Positions 7,765 to 12,165 of a stretch of DNA of 12,165 bases are shown in pieces. Below the pieces are notes generated by a model. That model worked only from the letters and a program-made list of their open reading frames with translations, had not been told where the DNA came from and made no database searches. The position numbers were made by a program, and so were the translations under genes. The stretch is from an uncultured Deinococcaceae bacterium (GTDB taxonomy: Bacteria; Deinococcota; Deinococci; Deinococcales; Deinococcaceae), in contig CAXULY010000080.1 in NCBI GenBank assembly GCA_964252075.1, forward strand, positions 1 through 12,165, read 5' to 3'. How positions within the stretch are numbered: the stretch's first letter is position 1; each line of letters begins with the position of its first letter.

Positions 7765-9707
7765 TTGCGGACGGGCGTGGCGCTGTCGAAGTACGTGAAG
7801 CTCTTGCCGCCCTGGGTGAGCACCTTGGTCTGCAGGTCGAAGGTGAAGGAGTTCATGCCCGCCACGGTGGTCTGCCCGCTGGGGTCGGCGGGGTTCAGCA
7901 TGGTGAGGTCACTGGCGGCCTGCGCGGGGTTCACGGTCTGCGGCTGCACGGTGATCTGCGCGCCCTCGCCACCCTTGAGGGCCTCGATCAGCGGGCGGCC
8001 GTCCGCCTGCGGCAGGGACAGCCCGAAGAGCTGCGCGACGGTCGGCGCGACGTCCACGTTGCCGCTCGGGTAGGGGTCCGCGAAATTCGTGCGGAAGTCC
8101 GGGCCGCTCGCCACGAGGGTGTTGTGCACGTCGATGGGGCTGAAGGAGCCGTGCATGCCGCGGTTGCCCTGCGCGCTCTCGTACTCCGTGCCGGGGAAGC
8201 CCTGCACGACCGCCTTGGGGTCGAAGTTGAAGCTTACCACGATGTCCGGGTTGCGCCCGGTGTTCTCCAGGTGCACGCGGCTCATGGGGAGCGTGCCGGG
8301 GATGCTGTAGCGGTCGTCCACGAAGATCGCGCCGTACTGCGGGCGGGACTGCAGGAACGCCACGGCCTTCGCGACGAGGGCGGGGTCGTGCGCGGGGTTG
8401 TACAGGTAGTCGCTGCCGCCGTTCGCGGCGATCACGAAGCTGTCCGGCGTGAGCGTCGCGGGCACCTTGTACGCGGGGGTGTTGTACTGTGCGCCGGCCT
8501 TCCCGCAGACGCTGCCGTCCGCGTCGGTCTGCACGGGGTACACGGGCGTGCCGTCGGCCTTCAGGCCGCTCATGACGGGGTCCAGCACGCAGCCGCTGCC
8601 GTCGTAGGCCTTGAAGCCCGCCTTCGTCATGAGGTCCGCGGTGCGCACGTCGCCGGACGCGGAGTAGCCGTTCGGGTCGGCGTCCCCCACCTTGCCGCCC
8701 GCCACGGCGCGCAGCGGGAAGAGGCTGGCGTCGCCCGCCACGTTGCTGTGCCCGTGGTCGCTCACCACGATGATGTTCGTGTCGTTCAGCTCGCCGCGCG
8801 CCTGCAGCACGAGCTGCAGCTGGCCGAGCAGCTGGTCCTGGGCGTGCAGCGCGTCGCGGAAGTTCTTGGTGCCGACGCCGTAGGCGTGCTCGGTGCTGTC
8901 TGGGTTGCGGAACCAGATGAGGCTCAGGTCCGGCTGCTGGGTGGGCAGGATGTAGTTCAGGTACGCGCTCATCATGTACGCGTTCGCGACGTTGCTGGGC
9001 GCGCCCGTGGCGTCCGTGGGGTCGGTGGTGGCGCCGTCCGCGAGGCGCACGGTGGCGGCGCTGGCGGTGGGGTCGCCGTTGCCGTCCGCGAGCGTCACGC
9101 TGCCGTCCGGGTATGCGAGGGGCGTGAGTTTCGGCAGCAGAAAGCCCGCCTGCTGCAGGCCCGTCGCGACGCTGGCGGGCTCCACGTGCTTCTCGTCCAG
9201 GATCACGCCGCCGCGCGTGTAGTCCTGCAGGAAGGCCGGGCCGCTCTTGCCGATCGCGGCGGTCTTCAGGCCCGCCTTCTGCGCCGCCTGGAAGAGCGTG
9301 CCGACCATCAGGAGCTGGTTGTTGTAGAAGCCGTTCAGGTCCTGCAAGATGGCGTAGTCCTCGGTGAAGGCGGGCTGCTGGAAGTCCACGGTGGCGCCCG
9401 CGGAGTCCTTGCCCTGCGCGCCGGGCGCCCACAGGGTGTTGCCGAAGAAGCCGGTGGTGCCGGGGAAGCCGCCCGTCGCGAAGCTCGCGGCGTTCATCAT
9501 GGTGAACGTCGGGTAGGTGCTGTGGTTGTCCGTGAAGTTCACGCCGCCGTCGCGCAGCGCCGCGAGGTTCGGGGTGTCCTCGGCGCTGATCGCGTCGGGG
9601 CGCATGCCGTCCCACACGAAGATGATGGTGCGGTGGGCGGCGAGGGAGCTGGTGGCCGTCAGGGCGAGGCTGAGGGCCGCGAGTTTCAGCAGCGGGGTGC
9701 GCGTCAT
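7761..9707 (-). CDS. Secreted alkaline phosphatase superfamily protein (type I phosphodiesterase / nucleotide pyrophosphatase-like)
   Basis: Signal peptide MTRTPLLKLAALSLALTATSSLA; VWDGMRPD, STYPTFTMMN (probable Thr nucleophile), PDSTEH, VVSDHG, GMHG metal-site motifs. Start at ATG 9707 (alternative ATG 9716). Confidence 0.9.
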   Translation of the reverse strand: MTRTPLLKLAALSLALTATSSLAAHRTIIFVWDGMRPDAISAEDTPNLAALRDGGVNFTDNHSTYPTFTMMNAASFATGGFPGTTGFFGNTLWAPGAQGKDSAGATVDFQQPAFTEDYAILQDLNGFYNNQLLMVGTLFQAAQKAGLKTAAIGKSGPAFLQDYTRGGVILDEKHVEPASVATGLQQAGFLLPKLTPLAYPDGSVTLADGNGDPTASAATVRLADGATTDPTDATGAPSNVANAYMMSAYLNYILPTQQPDLSLIWFRNPDSTEHAYGVGTKNFRDALHAQDQLLGQLQLVLQARGELNDTNIIVVSDHGHSNVAGDASLFPLRAVAGGKVGDADPNGYSASGDVRTADLMTKAGFKAYDGSGCVLDPVMSGLKADGTPVYPVQTDADGSVCGKAGAQYNTPAYKVPATLTPDSFVIAANGGSDYLYNPAHDPALVAKAVAFLQSRPQYGAIFVDDRYSIPGTLPMSRVHLENTGRNPDIVVSFNFDPKAVVQGFPGTEYESAQGNRGMHGSFSPIDVHNTLVASGPDFRTNFADPYPSGNVDVAPTVAQLFGLSLPQADGRPLIEALKGGEGAQITVQPQTVNPAQAASDLTMLNPADPSGQTTVAGMNSFTFDLQTKVLTQGGKSFTYFDSATPVRK

Positions 9708-9767
9708 ACGGAGCATGACACGCCCGCTTCGTGATGGCGGTGTCAGGCGCGGGTCACGGCCCCGCCA

Positions 9768-9796
9768 TTGACCCGCCCTGTGGGCGCGCGTAGCAT
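9768..9796 (+). promoter_or_regulatory. Sigma70-type promoter of the lyase gene
   Basis: TTGACC (9768-9773), 17 nt spacer, TAGCAT (9791-9796); near consensus, 72 nt before the ATG at 9869. Confidence 0.75.
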
Positions 9797-9868
9797 GCCT
9801 GGAAATGCCAGGGTTGCGGATGGTGGGGCGCGGCGCGAACGGTGGCCGCACGCCCGGCGCGGGTGAGC

Positions 9869-11290
9869 ATGTGGAGTGACGTGTACCGCGAGACGGTGCT
9901 CGCGCCGGATTACGCGTTCGCGCGGGCGCACCTCCTCCCGCACCTCTTCGACGGCCTGACCGCGCACGCCCTGATGCTCGCTGCGTGCGGCGTGGCGGGC
10001 GCGGACCGCGCGGCGGCGGCACTTCAGGCGCTTCGCCGCGCGCCCTTCCCGGAGTACGACCCGCACGTGGAGGACGTGTTCTTCGCGCTGGACCGCGAGC
10101 TGAGCCGCCTGGACGCCGGGGCGGCGGGCGCCCTGCGCACGGCCCTATCCCGCAACGACCTCGACATGACCATCTACCGCATGAGCGCGCGCGAGCGGCT
10201 GCTGCAGGCCGCCGAGCGCCTGGACGGCCTGCGGGGCGCGCTGCTGGCGCTCGCGGAGCAGGAGCGCGACACCGTGATCGTGGCGTTCACGCACCACCAG
10301 CCCGCGCAGCCCACCACCCTCGGGCATTACCTGAGCGGCCTGGAGAACGTGCTGTCCCGCGACGCGGCGCGCTTCCTGGGGGCATGGGGGCGCCTGAACC
10401 TCTCGCCCATGGGGGCGGTGGCGCTGGCGGGCACGGGCTTCCCCATTGACCGCGCGCTCACGGCGCGCCTGCTGGCCTTCGACGCGCCCATCGAGAACAC
10501 CTATGACGCGGTGGCGACCAGCGACTGGCAGGTGGAACTCGCGGGCGCCGTGGTGACCGCCGCGACCACCCTGTCGCGCGCGGTGCACGACCTGCTGTTC
10601 TGGGCGTCGCGCGGCCTGCTGACCCTCGCGGACGGCCTCGTGCAGGGCTCCAGCGTGATGCCGCAGAAGCGCAACCCGGTGGCGCTGGAGCACGCCCGCA
10701 CCAAGCTGGGTAAAGCCCTGGGCGCCGCGCAGGGCGTGATGCTGAGCGCGCACAACGTGCCGTTCGGGGACATCAACGACCCCGGCACGGACGTGCAGCC
10801 CTCCCTGCACGACTTGTGGAGGGCCTTCGGGGAGGCGCTGGAGCTCATCACGGCGTCCCTCGCGGGCCTGCGCGTGAACCGTGACGCGTGGCTGCACGAG
10901 GCGGCGTCCGGCGAGGCGGCGGTGACGGAACTCGCGGACACCCTGGCGGCGCGCAGCGGGGACTTCCGGGCGGCGCACGCGGCGGTGAAGGCCCTGCTGG
11001 CCGACCTGCACGCCCAGGGCCGGGGGCTGGGCAGCGCCGAGCCCGCCGACCTCACGCGCGTGGGGGTGGACCTGCCCGAGGCGGACCTGCGCGCCGCGCT
11101 GGACCCGCGCGCCTTCGTCGCGCGGCGCGGCACGCTGGGCGGCCCCGCGCCCGAGGCGCTGCGGGCGTACCTGGACGCGGCGGGCGCGCGCCTGCAGGCG
11201 GACGGAGCGGCGCGCGGCGCGCTGCTGGCGCGCCTGAACGCGGCGCGCGCGGCGCTGGAGGGTGTCTCCACGCCCAGCGGCCGTCTGTGA
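9869..11290 (+). CDS. Argininosuccinate-lyase-like C-N lyase (aspartase/fumarase superfamily), non-canonical
   Basis: SRND, FTHHQPAQPTTLGH, SPMGAVALAGTGFPIDR, NTYDAV and superfamily signature GSSVMPQKRNP. Start placed at ATG 9869 (MWSDVY); GTG 9863 is an alternative. Confidence 0.88.
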   Translation: MWSDVYRETVLAPDYAFARAHLLPHLFDGLTAHALMLAACGVAGADRAAAALQALRRAPFPEYDPHVEDVFFALDRELSRLDAGAAGALRTALSRNDLDMTIYRMSARERLLQAAERLDGLRGALLALAEQERDTVIVAFTHHQPAQPTTLGHYLSGLENVLSRDAARFLGAWGRLNLSPMGAVALAGTGFPIDRALTARLLAFDAPIENTYDAVATSDWQVELAGAVVTAATTLSRAVHDLLFWASRGLLTLADGLVQGSSVMPQKRNPVALEHARTKLGKALGAAQGVMLSAHNVPFGDINDPGTDVQPSLHDLWRAFGEALELITASLAGLRVNRDAWLHEAASGEAAVTELADTLAARSGDFRAAHAAVKALLADLHAQGRGLGSAEPADLTRVGVDLPEADLRAALDPRAFVARRGTLGGPAPEALRAYLDAAGARLQADGAARGALLARLNAARAALEGVSTPSGRL

Positions 11291-11297
11291 GGGCGGC

Positions 11298-11327
11298 ATG
11301 ACCGGGACCGCGGCGCTCGTGTATTCT
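11298..11327 (+). promoter_or_regulatory. Possible internal promoter for the sugar-type SBP
   Basis: ATGACC (11298-11303), 18 nt spacer, TATTCT (11322-11327) in the 81-bp intergenic gap. Confidence 0.4.
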
Positions 11328-11371
11328 CGCCGCACATCGTTGATGGATTCGCTCAACCATCGGAGGTTGTC

Positions 11372-12165
11372 ATGAGGCAGTTCCTGAAGCCCACGCTCGC
11401 CCTCTCCTTGCTGCTGGGCAGCGCCGGCGCCGCGCCCGTCACCATCACGTACTGGCAGTACGAGTACGCCAGCAAGGTGACCGAGATCAACGCCCTGATT
11501 CAGAAATTCCAGGCGCAGAACCCGGACATCAAGGTGGTGCAGGAGAACTTCCCGTACGCCGCGTACAACCAGAAGGTCGCGACGAGCGTGCCCGCCGGGC
11601 AGGGCCCGGACGTGGTGAACATGTACTACGGCTGGGTGCCGCAGTACGTGAAGGCCGGGTACCTGCAGCCCCTCCCGGAGAAGGACTTCCCCACCCGCAA
11701 GATTGACGCGGACTACGTGCCGATGGTGAAGGTCAGCAAGCAGGATGGCAAGTACTACGCCCTGCCGACCGCCGTGCGCACGCTCGCGGTGTTCTACAAC
11801 AAGGACCTGTTCAAGCAGGCGGGCATCGCGCAGCCGCCGCGCACCTGGGACGACTTCATCAAGGACGCGCAGAAGATCGTGAAGGGCGCCCCGCCGCGCT
11901 TCACGACGCTGGGCTTCGGCATCCAGCCGGACGGGCAGGACTACCACGTGCTGCGCGAGGTGCTGGTGCGGCAGTTCGGCGGGCAGCCGTACAGCAAGGA
12001 CGGCAAGCAGGTCGCGTACAACAGCGACGCGGGCACGAAGGCCATGCAGTTCTACACGGACCTCTTCACGAAGTACAAGCTGGGCACCCCGAACTTCTTC
12101 CCCGGCGACAACAGCTACCGCGACGCCTTCATCGCCGGTAAGGTCGGCATGATCATCGACGGGTC
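11372..12165 (+). CDS. Extracellular solute-binding protein, family 1 (carbohydrate-type ABC); 3' end beyond window edge
   Basis: Not in the ORF track; translated by hand after GGAGG RBS: MRQFLKPTLALSLLLGSAGAAPVTITYWQY...FQAQNPDIKVVQE...GQGPDVV...GYLQPL...DGKYYALP...VFYNKDLFKQAGIAQPPRTWDDF...AFIAGKVGMIIDG; open to the window end. Confidence 0.93.
   Translation, partial: MRQFLKPTLALSLLLGSAGAAPVTITYWQYEYASKVTEINALIQKFQAQNPDIKVVQENFPYAAYNQKVATSVPAGQGPDVVNMYYGWVPQYVKAGYLQPLPEKDFPTRKIDADYVPMVKVSKQDGKYYALPTAVRTLAVFYNKDLFKQAGIAQPPRTWDDFIKDAQKIVKGAPPRFTTLGFGIQPDGQDYHVLREVLVRQFGGQPYSKDGKQVAYNSDAGTKAMQFYTDLFTKYKLGTPNFFPGDNSYRDAFIAGKVGMIIDG

Noticed and set aside
3751..8073. Long plus-strand ORFs (3751-5886, 4514-5917, 5914-8073) and similar overlapping ORFs elsewhere in the track
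   Set aside because: They are antisense or off-frame shadows of recognisable genes, expected in GC-rich DNA with few stop codons; Arg/Ala/Gly-rich translations with no motifs.
9795..9879. Short upstream ORFs in the lyase leader (ATG 9795, 23 aa; ATG 9805, 24 aa) as possible leader peptides
   Set aside because: The first ATG lies within the -10 box; neither has an RBS, a convincing regulatory codon run or an attenuator structure.
9717..10022. N-terminal extension of the 753-aa phosphodiesterase ORF
   Set aside because: Low-complexity Arg/Pro/Gly sequence overlapping the divergent promoter and the lyase; the signal peptide starts at 9707 or 9716.
9869..11290. Assigning the gene symbol argH
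   Set aside because: Substrate-side motifs differ from canonical ArgH and the gene context is not arginine biosynthesis.
10145..11947. 600-aa minus-strand ORF
   Set aside because: Antisense to the lyase and the SBP, both of which have clear family motifs.
1..12165. CRISPR arrays, tRNA/rRNA, riboswitches, IS elements, REP family or defence genes
   Set aside because: Intergenic gaps are all under about 190 bp and explained by promoters or hairpins. The three hairpins share no clear common sequence beyond GC richness. No transposase, integrase or nuclease motifs and no compositional break were seen.

Overview
High-GC (~70%) bacterial chromosomal region, most consistent with Deinococcus (inferred from leaderless TACACT promoters, non-lipoprotein solute-binding proteins and protein style). 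It is a catabolic/transport neighbourhood with no mobile element, RNA gene or CRISPR array. Minus strand, in transcription order: a secreted alkaline-phosphatase-superfamily (NPP-type) enzyme coupled to a secreted hypothetical protein, a cytoplasmic GFOR-like Gfo/Idh/MocA oxidoreductase, adenine deaminase, a 2Fe-2S ferredoxin, and a FadR-type GntR regulator heading a Dpp/Opp-type ABC operon that runs off the left edge. Plus strand, divergent: a non-canonical argininosuccinate-lyase-like C-N lyase followed by a family 1 (sugar-type) ABC solute-binding protein that runs off the right edge. The best candidates for undescribed biology are the ArgH-like lyase plus transporter (probably catabolic, unknown substrate) and the phosphodiesterase plus secreted partner with 11-bp-periodic upstream repeats. 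All calls come from reading motifs by eye; no searches were run.
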